From contig NC_091472.1 in assembly GCF_036971445.1 (NCBI RefSeq), positions 241,428,001 to 241,492,000 on the forward strand: a DNA stretch of 64,000 nucleotides, read 5' to 3'. The notes under the pieces were generated by a model. It was not told the origin of the DNA. It made no database searches and saw only the letters and a list, made by a program, of their open reading frames with translations. Positions within the stretch are counted from its first letter, which is position 1, and every line of letters starts with the position of its first letter. The DNA comes from Narcine bancroftii (Eukaryota). Of the stretch, positions 24,297 to 37,650 are shown piece after piece. The position numbers and the translations under genes were made by a program.

Positions 24297-24361
24297 ATGG
24301 CGGCGGGCCTGCGCTCCGTGTGTTTTGTGTTGATGTGCCTGAGCGGAGAGGTGTTGTCCGG
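24297..24361 (+). CDS. DNAJB11: DnaJ homolog subfamily B member 11 (ERdj3), exon 1, signal peptide
   Basis: gcagcATGG Kozak context; MAAGLRSVCFVLMCLSGEVLS(G) hydrophobic leader; donor gtgagt; phase 2 matches exon 2. Confidence 0.88.
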
Positions 24362-24608
24362 GTGAGTGGGCCGGCGAGCTCTCGCGCTCCGGGGAACGTT
24401 GGTGACATTGGCGGCGCGGGCTCGTGCCCCCTTCCACCTTCACTGAATGGAAGTGGAGAGCGACGGCCCCGGTGGAAGCACCGGCGGGCTGCTCGCCAGG
24501 TCGTGGAATTACTGTGGCCCCTGGATGTCTGGTCTTTCCCTTCGCTAAAGGGAAGGGCTATTTGACTTGTTTTTTTTCCTCTCTCTCTCTCTCTCGGTGG
24601 GCGAACAG

Positions 24609-24765
24609 GCGGGATTTCTACAAGATACTGGGGGTTTCGAAGAGCGCTTCGGTCAAGGATATCAAGAAGGCTTATCGCAAACTGGCCCTGCAACTTCACC
24701 CCGACAGAAACCCAGACGATCCGGCGGCGCAGGACAAGTTCCAGGATTTGGGGGCTGCTTATGAG
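24609..24765 (+). CDS. DNAJB11: DNAJB11 exon 2 (J domain with HPD)
   Basis: [52 protein letters not shown]; ag/gt boundaries; 157 nt. Confidence 0.96.
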
Positions 24766-26619
24766 GTATGGAGCTGTGTGGGCGAGGGGTTGTTGGGGCT
24801 GGGCTGGGCTGGGGGGGGGAAGCAATGTTGCGGTGTAAGATTCAGCAGAAGGTGTTTTCGCCTTTCCATGCGAAGGCTCCAGTCACTTTTTGGGGGGGGG
24901 GGGGGGGGGGGGGGTGAGTTTAATGATGACAAGTCAGGGAGAATGTGTGGCTTCTGCTCATTGGCTACGAGTACGGAGGTGAGAGGGCACTCTCGACAAT
25001 TTAAACCAACGGAAAGAGCCCCGGTTGTAATCTTTGCAGCAGTCTGGCTAACAATATTTGAATGAACTCGACCATAATTCCTGAAAGAATTGCTATTTAG
25101 TGGTAATGGTTTTTCTCCACTGCATTTTACAGAAGTTTTTTTGTTTCAATTGAATTTCTTGTAGTTCAGTAATAGTTTCAAGTCTTTGTTTCCAATTAAA
25201 TGGCTCATTGTGGCCTGCTGATTAAAGCCACAGGTAAGTCTAAGAGATGCAATATCCGCTGTTTCATCTGAGGATCTACAAGTCCCTTCCTTGTTGAAAA
25301 AAAAGTAGGTTGCATGAGCTCTGCTCAGATTGGTAAAAATCTTTCATTGATCTAGTAACCTGCCATGACCTAAAATTCTTGCATTTGGGATAAATCATTA
25401 CTCAAAACCAAAATATTGCACTTGTTGGAAACTTGAAATAAAACCTAAAATGCATGACTGGAAAACGTTTAATATTTCAAACCAATACCTATCGCTAGAA
25501 ACTTTGCACACTGGGATCTTCTATAAGCAAGAAATCGAAACACCTTGGGTATCTGGAAGACCTTTCAAGTTTCTATTCCACTTCATTAAAATAATGTAAG
25601 ATTATCAACATTGTTCTTTAACCACTTCAAAATCTATCTTTGAGGCTTAACAAATGTAAAGTACATGTCAACCTCTGCCAGTTTTACTCAGTGATTTTTT
25701 TTTGTCTTTGACAGGGGTGTAAGAACACCTTGTTCTCTGACTATCCCTTTGACTCCACATATGCTGTCTGACCCTCTTAATTCCTCCAACAATTTGTTTT
25801 TTGTTCAGACTTTTTTCCAAAGTTCACATCTGAAGTTTGACTATTTCATTTGCTTGAAGGATGTGACAAAAATGATAGCATGCTGCAACTAAAAGAAACC
25901 AAGTGAGTGTACATAGTGAAAAGGATTTGATTTGTTCAATGACCTATCAGTGACCCTTCCTCCCTGGAAGGTTTCAGTTTTCAGTTTGCATCTACATTCA
26001 TACTTTCCTCTTGTTGGGGGGGGGGGGGGGGGGAAGAAAAATTCATCATGACTGGAAACAAGAAAAAAAATCACTTCTGCTACTTGCCTGTAGGTTTAGG
26101 CAGTGAATTTGAGTCTACCCAAATCTCTTATTTTGTTGGAAATTGGTACCAGATTTTTTGTTAGGCTATTGTAGATTGCTTCATCTGATCTTTCCTTCAT
26201 TTTAGTCAGTTTCATGCAGATTGTTTAATTTTTTTCTTACTTTTTTGGTCCCCTGGTTACACTTTACCATCATTTTCTTCTCTCCCTTTCTTCCCCCCCC
26301 CCCAATTTTATCTTTATTTGAATATTTAATTTCTAATATCTCAATTCTGAGGAAATTATGACTGGCATATTTTCCAAATGAACATACTTGAGCTGTTCTA
26401 TGTTCAACTGCTATTTACTTTTTTTCAATAAGATTGCTTGTATCTTGTTAACTCCACCATTGAAGCATTAAAGCTAAATTTCAAGAAACTCAGCCCAAAT
26501 AATTTCTTTAATTCTTTTGCATTTCATTACAGAGTTGACCAAAATTGGATCATGAAATTTGATACACAAGCTGGAGTTGTGGAATCTTGCAGCACGGAAC
26601 CCCATCCAGCTTGTCTATG

Positions 26620-29600
26620 CTAAACAATATGTCCTCCTGCTTTTGTCCCACTTGCCTGCATTGTTCCTCCAATCCCATTGTGTAGACATCAGTGTTTCTT
26701 AAAGATACTAAAGTACCTGCCTCCACCACTTTGTCTTCATTCCCTGTGCCCACTGAACTCTGAATGAAGAATTTAAAGTCCCTTTAAATTTAACTCTCCT
26801 TATCTTATAGTTATGCCCTCTTGGATTCTGCTACTAGAGAAAACAGACTGCCATCGTTCACCTATCTATGGACCTCATGATTCTGTAGACCTCAATAAGA
26901 TCCCCTCTCCACCTCCTACATTCTGTGGAAAAGGGGTTTAGTTTTTTCCAGTCTCTCAAAAGAACCCAACTTCCCTAATCTTGGCAACAACTTCATAAAT
27001 CTCTTCATTATTATTTAAAACAATAAATATCCTTCCTATAGCTCGGTGACCAAAACTGCACACAACATTTCTGAGTCACTTCTCACCAACATCTTGTATA
27101 ACCAATGTGACATCCCAGCACTTGTATTCAATGCCCCAACCGATGAAGGCAAGTGTCCTGAATGCTGTCTCCACTACACCAGGCCCTTTCAAATTGCCAT
27201 GTAAAATGGAGTTAACCCAGACAATTTGCTCTGTTGATGACCCAGGTACATGGCTATTTGAAAGAGTCCAACTGGGTCAACCCGGTCAAAACCCCACTAT
27301 AGGAGGGGGGAGTGGTTACTGCCACGATTTGGGTGGGGGCTGCGATGTGCTGCTGCTGTGAATGCCACTCCATTTTGTGGCAGGAGCTTGTTACAGGACC
27401 AGTGGGCATTTTCCTTACCCATAATCACTCACGCTCTGGAACAGAGTGGTTACAGCGGCATGGGGGATTATGGGTAAGGAAGCCAACCATTACTCCCACA
27501 TTGAGGCGTCAAAGCGAAATGGAGCAGCACATTGCTGGGGTGGGGTTGTGGGGAAGAGGTGTTTAGAGCTTTAAAACGGAAAGGGAAATTACTGTGATGC
27601 GTCATTCACCATGTCATCGCAGGGGCGGGATCTCCCATCAATTTATCAGGTAGGTCTGGCTGCGATTTAAAAGGTGCATCTTGCACCCACGACCCAGTTA
27701 TGACACCCGGGTCCCAGGAGGGCTACCTGGGTGCTGGAAATTGGAAGCAGCTACTGTCTACTTGTGCTGCCATCTTTAAAGAGCAAGGTATCTGCACTCA
27801 AGGTCCCTCTGTTGTGCACTGCCAATAACAGTCCTGCCCTGATTCAATTTAAGCCATAAGATACAGAAGGAGAAGTAGGTTATTCAGCCAACCAAGTGTG
27901 TCCTGCCATTTATTCATAAACTGATTCATTTACCACAGCTTCGCTGCCTAGACTTCTCCACGTAGCTTCTGATGGCTTGGCTAATCAAGAACCCATCCAT
28001 CTCTGCCTTAAATACACAACTGCCTGTGGCAACAAATTCCACAGATTTACTACCTGCTGGCTGAAAAAATTCCTCTGCAAATCTGTTCCATGTGAATGCC
28101 CTTCAATCCTGAAATTGTGCTCTCCTATCCTAGACCAGGGGTGGCCAAACTTGCTTAACATAAGAGCCAAATACGATAAACTTAACATGGCAAATATCTA
28201 CACACACTGCATATCATTTATCTAACTTGTCACTTCTAATAGGTTTGTCAAACAAGATTTTTCCCATAAGGAAACCATGCTGGCTTTGGCTGAACTTTCC
28301 ATGTGCCTCCAAGTACACTTTAACCTCATCCATGACAATTGACTCCCAACTTCTTCCAAACCTCTGACGTCAGGTTAACTGATCTATAATTTCTTTTCTG
28401 CTGCCTCCATCTGTTCTTGAACAGTGGGGTGACATTTGAGATTTTCCAGTCCTCTGGGACCATGCCAGAATCTAATGATTCCTAAAAGATCAATACCATT
28501 GCCTTCACAATCTCTGTTCCTACATTCAGAACACAAGGTTGCAATCCACCTTGAGACCATTCAGCTTTTTGAGCACCATCTCCCTTGAAATAGTAACTGC
28601 ACTCACTTCCCTTCCCTAATACCTTTGGACATCTGGCACACTGTTAATATCTTCCACACTGAAACCTGATGCAAAATACTCAGTTTCTCTGCCATCTCCT
28701 TGTCTCCCATTATTTCTCCAGTGTTATTTTCAAGTGGTTCTATATCTACTCTCTCCTCTTTTACTCATTATATATTTCAAGATTTTTGTATCCTCTTTGA
28801 TATTATTTGCTAGCCTATCTTCATCTTTTCCCTTGTGTTTTTTAGTTACCTTCTGCAAGTTCTTAAAAACTTCCCATTAATTTTTGCTTCCTTGTATGCC
28901 TTCTCATTTGCTTTTACATTAGCTTTGAATTTCCTTGTCAGCCACAGTTATGACATTTTTCCATTCGAATCTTTTCTCCTTTTTGGTATGTATTTATCTT
29001 GCACCTTCCTCATTTCCTGCAGAACTCCATTTAATGCTGCTCTGTTGTCTTCCCTACTAGTGCTCCCTACAATCTACTTTGGCCACTTCCTCTCTCATGC
29101 CGCTGTAATTCCTTTTACTCTTCTAAAATATCGACACATCTGATCTGATTTGATTTTCTCCTTGTTAAATTTCAAATTGAACTTGATCATATTGTGATCA
29201 CTGGCCCCAATTGTTCCTTTACTTAAGATCTCTAATCACCTCTGGTGCATTGCTCAACCCCCAGTCCAATACCATTGATACCCTTGTGGCTCATAAGCAA
29301 GCTGCTCTAAAAAGCCATCTCGTAGGCATTCTACAAATTCACCTCTCTTACAATCCAGTCGCAATCTGCTTTTCCAAATCTACTTGCACGTTTAAAATCC
29401 CCCGTGACTACCATAATATTACCCTTCTGACATGCCTTTTCCATTTGTTGAAAGTGAAATCATAATACTGGAGAAACTCTGCCGGTCAAAGAGAGTAATT
29501 TATATAGCAAAGATAAAAATAACATAACTGACGTTTTAGGCTTGAGCCCTTCATCAAAGTATGGAAAAATATTGGCAGGTGTCTGAGTAAAAAGGTAAGG

Positions 29601-31190
29601 GGAGAAGCGTTGTAGCAAAGGCAGGAGGTAATAGGTGGAGAAGGGAGGGAGGGCACAGCTGTGAGCAAAGGGAGGAGGGATGGCTGTGTGAATAGAGAAG
29701 GAAGGGTGTGAAAAGCTGAGGGAAAGAAGATGGGGAGGGAGGGGGATAAATCTAGGTTAATGCCATCTGGCTGGAGAGTGCCCAGATGGAAAATCAGGTT
29801 TTTTTTCCTCCAATTTATGGGTGGTCATGGTGAGGTGGCATATGAGGTCTTGGATAGACATGTGAGTATGGGAGTGGGACACAACTGAAATAGTGGGCCA
29901 CTGGGAGGTCCCTGTCACTGGTGTGGAGAGAGCGAAGATGTTCAGCGAAATTTTGACCAAGCCTGCACCTAGTCTGTCTGATGTAGAGAAGGCCACAAAT
30001 GGAGCACAGGATTCAGTCATCAATCCTGCTGATACACAAGACCTAGGAATATGGTGAGGGAGGAGGAGTGGACGCAAGTGTAGCACCTTCTGTGCCCATA
30101 GGGAAGGGGGGAGGTGTGATTGTTGGGGAGGAATGAGTACATGAGGGAGTGGACCCTACAGAAGGCAGAGAGTGGAAGATATGTTTGGTAGTGGGATCCT
30201 GTTGTAAGTTTCCTCCCCTCTTATGTGTCCACCGGATTGATTTACTGATCCTATGTCATGTCTTTCTAATGATTTAATGTTGTTCCTTACCAACAGAGCC
30301 ACGTCACCCCTTCTGCTTACCTGACTATCCTTTCAGCACGTTGTGTGTCCTTGGACATTCAGGTTCCAATGACATCCATCCTTTGTCCGTGACTCCATGA
30401 TGGCCACAACATCATACCTGCCAATTTACCCAAATGGATCACTTTGTGCTTCTGAGTTTAATTGCATCTGCCATGCCTTGGCTCATTTCCCCATCTGATC
30501 TAGATCCTGTTGCAAACCATGATAACCTTCTTCACTATTCACCCTAGCATGTTTTTGTATAATCAGCAAACTTGTTCAAACATCCTTGTCCAAATTATTC
30601 ATGGATATTACCAAAACCAAGGGTCATGGTACTGAACACTGAGACACTCCACTGGTCATGACCCTGCAGTGGGGGAAAAAAACTGCCTTCTACAACCACT
30701 CTAAATTCTATCTCGACCATTTTTTTTCTCACTGGTTAATTGACCTATTCTGTGTGCTTTGACCTTCCATACTCCCATACCAACTGACTGCACAGGACCC
30801 TGGCAAATACTTTACTAAAATACTTAAAAATAACATCAAATGCCTTGCCCTCATCTGTACTCCTTGACACCACTTCAAAAAATTCTGTTAATTAGACAGA
30901 ATTTCCCATGCTGGCTCTCTTTAAATTTCCCCAGGCCATCAGATTTGGAGAGAGAGAATCTCTCCAGTATTTTCCCAACCACTGATGTCAGACAAATGAG
31001 TCTGAAGTTGCCCAGATTATTACTAGCTGTGTTTTTTAATTTGGCACTACCTTTACCAGCCTCCAGTCCTCAGGAACATTTTCTGTTCTTGGCAATGAGT
31101 TAAAAATGTCTGTTAAAGCTGCTTCCTTTCTTCCTTCCCACATGTTCTGGGGTGCACCTGGTATGGATCTGGAGTTTTATTCACTTTGGA
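26620..31190 (-). mobile_element. Nested cluster of decayed CR1 fragments with a Penelope-like insert (~29455-30210) and a probable DNA-transposon insert (~27180-27740)
   Basis: CR1 3' peptide RIEGH...RNFFSQQVVNLWNLLPQ; hammerhead-like module at 29525-29559; RT remnants. Confidence 0.65.
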
Positions 31191-32082
31191 ACTAAATTCG
31201 CGCTGTCTTTGTTATCACAGAGCTACCTTATCCATGAGAAACATTTTGAATAAATAGTATGCACATAATGACATAGGAGTGCAAATGCATTTAATGTTAT
31301 CCCATAAAGCTACCTTGGAAGGTACATTTATGATTACATTGAGGCTTTTATTTACATATTGGTATCAGGACATCTACAAATGGAACACATCCTGTTCCTG
31401 AGAGGAGAACAAGATCTTGTATAAATCATACCAGTATTTTTTTTGTTTGTTTACCTTTTTAATTTATTGTTTCATCTGGTTTATTATTTTTGTACATTGT
31501 TAAATGCGGGAGAGCATGTTTAAGAACATAACATTTTGGGGGAAATACAAATTCAAATAAAATCTGACTTTGGTGAAAGTAGGTATGTGCACATAGTAGC
31601 TAAATGTGTACAACCCCTAACTGATTTTGGTGGGTGTCCTTAAGTAAAGGTGAGAGAAGAGGAATGACAAATCAGAACCTCTTAGCACTTGCTCTCTGGG
31701 TAATTCCTAAACCTTTTTTCAGTTGGTCTCTGAAACAGAAGTTTCTAATTTGAAAGAAGGCCTTTTACACATTTTGACCACTTGGTAGAAGTGTGAACCA
31801 TTCAAAATATGGAGTGTTAAATGAGATTCCTAACCTGAATTTTGTGACGGACAAATGAATTGAACAGGTGACAGATAAATGAATTGAGCAGTGGGAGTAT
31901 TTTGCTTATCATACATTCTTTAGTTTAATAGTGCAGCTAAGAAAATTGAAGTGCTATCTTTCCCTCACCGTATCTGGTCAAAAAAAAATTTCCTTTGCCA
32001 CCTTTAACATCTCACAGAATGAGACTTTTTTGCAAAGTTTGAAGTTTGGCAATTAATTGAATTAAAGCGTGTGCCTTACTAA

Positions 32083-32308
32083 TTTAAATTTTAAATTCGA
32101 CATGCAGCACAGTAACAGGCCTTTTCAGCCCACAAACCAATGTCGCTCAATTACACCCAATTGACTTACAACCCCAGTGCATTTTGAAAGGTGGGAGGAA
32201 ATCCATGCAGACATGGGGAGAAAGTACTAACTCCTTACAGACAGTGCAGGATTTGAGGTTCGGTCCTAATTGCTGGTGCTGTAACAGCATTGTGTTAACT
32301 GTGCTGCC
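32083..32308 (-). mobile_element. tRNA-derived SINE
   Basis: Shares core ctgtctgtaaggagtt.gtac.ttctccccatgtctgc with other copies (34655-35045, 43105-43342, 51987-52245). Confidence 0.75.
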
Positions 32309-32327
32309 ATGATGGCATAGTGTAAGC

Positions 32328-32702
32328 CAGTGGTTTTCAAACTGCCCCCCTAAATTCACATTCCACCTCGAGCATTCCCTCTGCCATAAGTGCTCTGTGG
32401 TTAGTATGGGATTGCTTAAGGTGGTATGTGAGTGGAAAAAAAAAGGTTTGAAAACCACTGTTTTAATCATACCTAATTGACTCATTATGTGCACGGTTTC
32501 ATATCTCCAAAGAAAATGGACTAATGAAATTTTTCCTCAAGCAAAATATTTCAGTAACAATTGGGTCTCAGCAGTGGTTCTCAACCTCCCCTTCCCACTC
32601 ACATCCCACCTTGAGCAATCCCTTACCAATCACAGAGCACTTATGGCATAGGGATTGCTTAAGGTGGAATGTGAGTATAGGGGGTCAGTTTGGAAACCTC
32701 TG
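32328..32702. mobile_element. hAT-type MITE with 8-bp TSD
   Basis: TIRs CAGTGGTTTTCAAACTGCCCCC / CAGAGGTTTCCAAACTGACCCC; TSD GTGTAAGC (32320-32327) and GTGTAAGT (32703-32710). Confidence 0.85.
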
Positions 32703-32721
32703 GTGTAAGTCAAGAAACTGA

Positions 32722-33392
32722 AGGTAGAAACTCATGTGAATAGAGTGGTGAAGAAGGCTTTTAGTATGCTGGCCTTTATCAATCATTGCATGGAATATAG
32801 GAGTTGGGAGGTGATGTTGAGACTGTATAAGACGTTGGTGCGGCCTAATTTAGAGTTCTGTGTGCAGTTCTGGTCGCCTAATTATAGGAAGGATATAAAC
32901 AGAGTGGAGAGAGTGAAGAGAAGGTTTACCAGAATGTTACCTGGGTTTAAGCATCTAGAGTATAGGGAAAGATTGGACAGATTAGGTCTTTATTCTTTGG
33001 AGCGTAGAAGGTTGAGAGGGGATTTGATAGAAGTATTTAAGATTATGAAAGGGATAGACAGAGTGGATGTGGATAGACTATTTCCGTTAAGAGGAGGAAA
33101 GATTAAAACAAGAGGACATGAGTTAAGAATTAAGGGGCAGAGGTTTAGAGGTAACATGAGGGGGAACTTCTTTACTCAGAGAGTGGTAGCCGTGTGGAAT
33201 GAGCTTCCGGGAGAAATAGTGGCGGCGGAGTCAATTGTATTATTTAAGAAAAGGTTGGACAGGTATATGGATGAGAAGAAGATGGAGGGTTATGGGCATT
33301 GTGCAGGGAGGTGGGACTAGAGAGGGGTGTTTGGTTCGGTGCGGACTAGAAGGGCCTAATGGCCTGTTTCTGTGCTGTAAATTGTTATGTTA
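32722..33392 (+). mobile_element. Young 5'-truncated CR1 LINE (open C-terminal ORF 32736-33320 plus 3'UTR)
   Basis: LYKTLVRPNLEFCVQFWSP, SLERRRLRGDLIEVFKI, TRGH, NFFTQRVVAVWNELP; tail ctgtaaattgttatgtta. Confidence 0.9.
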
Positions 33393-33935
33393 ATTGGAAT
33401 ATGCAAGTGAAAAAGATTTGAGTTTCTTTCATCAACTTGTCAGTGGTCTTTCTGTGCTGGTCGGTTGCATCCACATGCTCCTTGGTCTGGAAAAACTCAT
33501 GACTGAAATGAAAAAAAAAATCTACTAAAGCTTGCCTGTAGTTTAGGCAAGGCATTTGAATTTTTGGGCAGGAGTAATACCTAGTATAAGACCTGAATCC
33601 AGAAATTTATTTTGTAAAAGCTTTTAGGAAAATCCTAACTCATTGAATTTGTTTTTCTCTTAAACTTCCTGGATTGCAAGGATGTGTGCAAGCAATATGC
33701 TTTGAGGTTGAAGATGATCTTTGTTTCTGCTTCTATTTACCTGGTCTCAAATCATAACCATATTTAGTGTTTAGTTCTGAGGACTTGTGAAGGGATGAAT
33801 ATGTAGTTTGCTTTGAAAGAACAGTGTCTCATTTATTACTAACTGGAGAGACACTGTTACTTTTTTGTTTACACTTCAGTCATGCTAATACAGGCTACAT
33901 GGTTTTAAACTATTGATCTGTAATATCTATAATAG

Positions 33936-34033
33936 GTTTTGTCTGATGAAGAGAAGAGGAAACAGTATGATATGTATGGTGAAGAGGGTTTGAAGGAAGG
34001 TCGTCAAGGTTCTCATGATGACATTTTTTCACA
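33936..34033 (+). CDS. DNAJB11: DNAJB11 exon 3
   Basis: [32 protein letters not shown](H); tag/gtaagt; 98 nt. Confidence 0.95.
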
Positions 34034-34349
34034 GTAAGTAGCGAATTTCAAAATTGTATTGAATTTATTTTAAATTGACATGGGGCAGGGTGAGTTTTAT
34101 TCTCTTATTATCACAACTGTTAAGTCATTTTAATCCTTGCATCCATTGTCACAACATTTGACATTAAAGCTAGTTCTTGCACTGTTTATTGTGCAGTTGT
34201 CAGGATTGTGAACTATGGTTCATTTTATTCTCTACTAATACATCCACTTGTAACTGAGTGCAGGCAAATATTAACCTGTGGTCTTGCTGTCTTTGTGCAT
34301 CAGAAGTGTGATCCATTTGAGTAAACTGCATTGTAACTAAATGTAAACC

Positions 34350-34610
34350 AAAACCCACAACTCCTCATTTATCAAGAAGGTGCAGCAGTGCCTACGCTTC
34401 CTAAGGAAGTTGAGGAGGGCAAGGCTACCAGTCCCCATCTTGACATCATTTTACAGGAGCACAATTGAGAGCGTCCTGTCTGGCTGGATTGTTGTGTGGC
34501 TGCAAAGCAATGGACTGAAAGTCAATAGAGAAGATTATATCAAAATGACCAAGACTATCTCTAGGGTCTCCCTTTCCTCTATTGATGACATTTACTGGGA
34601 ATGTTGGTTA
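34350..34610 (+). mobile_element. Rex/Babar-type LINE fragment
   Basis: QQCLRFLRKLRRARLPVPILTSFYRSTIESVL. Confidence 0.7.
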
Positions 34611-34654
34611 AATAAATTTTTACATTTAAAAAAAAAATTAAATGAAATCTAAAT

Positions 34655-35045
34655 TTTTAAAATTTAGACATACAGTAAAGTAACGGGCCATTTTGGCCCA
34701 CAAGTCTGTGCCACCCAATTCACCTACAAGCCCGGTACGTTTCGAAATGTGGGAGGAAACGGAAGCCCCTGGGGAATATCAATGCAAACATAGGGAGAAC
34801 ATACAAACTCCTTAAAGACAGTGTGGAATTTGAACCCCGATCCTGATGGCTGGCTCTGCACTAACCACTACGCCAACTGTGCTCTGTCTGTAAGGAGTTT
34901 GTACAGTTTCCCCATGTTTGAGTGGGTTTTCCCAGGCCTCTGGTTTCCTCCCACCTTTCAAAATATACTGGGGGTGTAGGTTAATTGGGTATAAATTGTG
35001 TTGCACGGAATCGTGGGCTGAAATAGCCCATTGCCGTGTTGCATA
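34655..35045. mobile_element. Two adjacent tRNA-SINE copies in inverted orientation
   Basis: Minus copy ~34655-34882 and plus copy ~34883-35045 are mutually complementary. Confidence 0.8.
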
Positions 35046-35182
35046 TTGAGTGTGTACACCATGGTCTGGAGAAATGCTGTTTCGTATGGTTGTATTTGTA
35101 CAGTCGGATGATAATAAGCTTGAACTTAAATTTTAAAAACTTAAGTAAAATATGCTACCTTAGGTTTTTTTTTGCTGGATAA

Positions 35183-35347
<165 letters not shown>

Positions 35348-35569
35348 TAAAAGAAACTCATCACAAATTTTATAATTGGTACACATAGAATAGTACAACA
35401 CAGTACAGGTCCTTTGGCCCTCGATGCTGTGCCGACCTATATAATATTCCTTTTTAAAAAAGTACTAAACCCTCCCAACCCCATAACTCTTTATTTTTCT
35501 TTCATCCATGTGTCTAAGAGTCTCAAATACCCCCAATGTTTCAGCAACCACCACTGTTCCTGGCAAGGC

Positions 35570-35630
35570 ATTCCAGGCACCCATAACTGTATAGCATTTC
35601 TGTATTCCAGGCACCCATAACTGTATAGCA
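35570..35630. repeat. 27-bp direct duplication at the end of a CR1 3' remnant
   Basis: attccaggcacccataactgtatagca at 35570-35596 and 35604-35630. Confidence 0.85.
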
Positions 35631-36562
35631 ATTCTCTCCTGCCTGTTTAATTAAGTAGAAAATTGAACCTAGTCAGGTTTAGAGAACCTAATCAGAGATA
35701 TGGCAGGTCCTTTTTGGGGAATCTACCAGTTTCCACATGTAGCAACACCTCCAGTTGCAAATGGATAAACACTCTCATACCTGGGTATGAGGCAGTGAAA
35801 GTGGACGCTGCAACTTTTGCAGTGTGTGTGGGTTGCTTGGAACTGGAACTGTCAGCAACTTTTGTTAATAGCAGTGCATTTTTGGCCACAGCATTCATCT
35901 TTTCAAAGTTCAGACTCCTAGCAGGTCTCTGTTCATTAACAGTCAAAAAAAAATGTGGGAGATTGATTCAGCATCATCTGAGCAGATCAACTTCCTGATG
36001 ATGACCTGGTGCACATTTGACTTCGTTCTTGGGATAAGGCTGAAGAGCTTTCTGATGGTTCTGGTGTATGAGAAGACACTGGATGACCTGGAGGCACATG
36101 AGAGCAGCACTGAGAGTGTGACTGCATTGATACAGATGCAACCTTATTCAACCATGCTGTGCAATCAGAAGAATTCCAGCATTACTCTGTATTTTCTTAA
36201 CTCAGACCCTTGATGTTTTGTGCCCTGTATTTGCTTATCCCCTACCCTTGATGCTGTCCAAGGAGTAGATCTCCCTGGTCACCTTAAAGCAGCTGAATAT
36301 TTTATGCATTTTGGATGAATAGCTCCTGCTCACACTGGTCTTGGTAAGGTCAAAGTTAACAAGGCAATCACTCGCAGCATTTCTCATGCAACTGACAGAC
36401 TGAGAAGTCTATTTGGATTATGGATCTTGATATCTAAAACCATCCTGGGATTTGGGTCAAAGCATTCAGCCATGATCTTGTGCTCTGACCAGGGAAATGC
36501 AGAAAAATACTCTTGATATTCAGTGGTGAAATGTCAAGTTGATTGTTACAATTCCTCCAGTT

Positions 36563-37000
36563 CAGGAGTCCCCAAACTTTATAGACCATCAACGCCTTCA
36601 TGGAATAGTTGAATACTTGATTCCTTATCAACACCAACCCCCCCCCCAAGGCATGGAATCCCAGTGCTGGAAGGGGTTGGGGGGGGAGGTATGGTGGTGG
36701 CTCTGGGTGGGGGGGGGGGGGGGGGGGCACGGTGGCAGCGCTACCAAAGGTGCAAAGAGCACTTGCATCTTTCTTCTATACTCAGTCTGTCCTCCCTTTC
36801 AATCTCGACTTATTCAAAGGCCAAAGCCAAATACGACATGGCGGTCACCAAGGCCTGACCTCGCGAGAGGTTGACCACCATTGCCATAGGTGGTATTTTT
36901 CCATTGATCCACCCCTGCTTTCTACTACAAAAGTTCAAGCGACCACTTGCATGGGCCAAATGACCCCAGGGGTCGATATCGACTACTTTGGAGACCTCTG
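36563..37000. mobile_element. hAT-type MITE
   Basis: Imperfect TIRs CAGGAGTCCCCAAACT / CAGAGGTCTCCAAAGT; 8-bp flanks CTCCAGTT and CTGTAGTT. Confidence 0.6.
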
Positions 37001-37029
37001 CTGTAGTTCCTATTCTCAACCCAAGAACC

Positions 37030-37650
37030 AGAATGATCCTTGTCCGTAATCATCTTGAAACTAATGGCATTACAATCACTGGATCCAAAACATTCCCCTG
37101 TATTATAAACCTCTAACCTATCCTGTCTCATACCCTAATAGATGATCCAATATTGCACTCTCTCTGGCTAGGACCTCTATATATTGATTTGCTAAAATTT
37201 TATGAATATATTTGACAAACTAACCCATCATGCCCTTTGACTGTATGGGAGTCCCAGTCTACATGGGGAAAGATAAAATCACCTATTGTTACATTTTTAT
37301 TTACTGCAGTGTTTGCTATCTCTACTGATTTGCTTCTTTAATTCCCACTGTTTATTTGGTGGTCTACAATACAGTCCTATTAATATGGTCATGCCTTTCC
37401 TATTCCTCTGTTACACCCATATAACCTCCATAGACAAGCCCTCTGGTCTGTCCTGAGCATTACTGTGACATTTTCCTTCACTAGCAATGCCACCCCTCTC
37501 CCTCTATTGCATCTGTCATAACAGAATTCTGGAACGTGGAGCTGCCAGTCCTGCCCCTCCTGCAACCAAGTCTCACTAACAGCCACAATTTCCTGTGCAA
37601 ATTCATGCTCTAAGCTTGTCTATCTTCCCCACAATACCTTTGATTCTGAT
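37030..37650 (-). mobile_element. CR1 endonuclease-domain remnant
   Basis: AVSETWLQEGQDWQLHVP...RGRGVALLVKENVT; GSSDCNAISF. Confidence 0.7.

Noticed and set aside
24892-24914. Long G/C homopolymers (also ~26015, ~36709, ~60987)
   Set aside because: Simple low-complexity runs of uncertain length with no other evidence of function.
23890-25065. Long ORFs 23890-24825 (-, 311 aa) and 24424-25065 (+, 213 aa)
   Set aside because: GC-rich CpG-island artefacts. Only 24609-24765 (DNAJB11 exon 2) is coding; the minus ORF is its antisense shadow.
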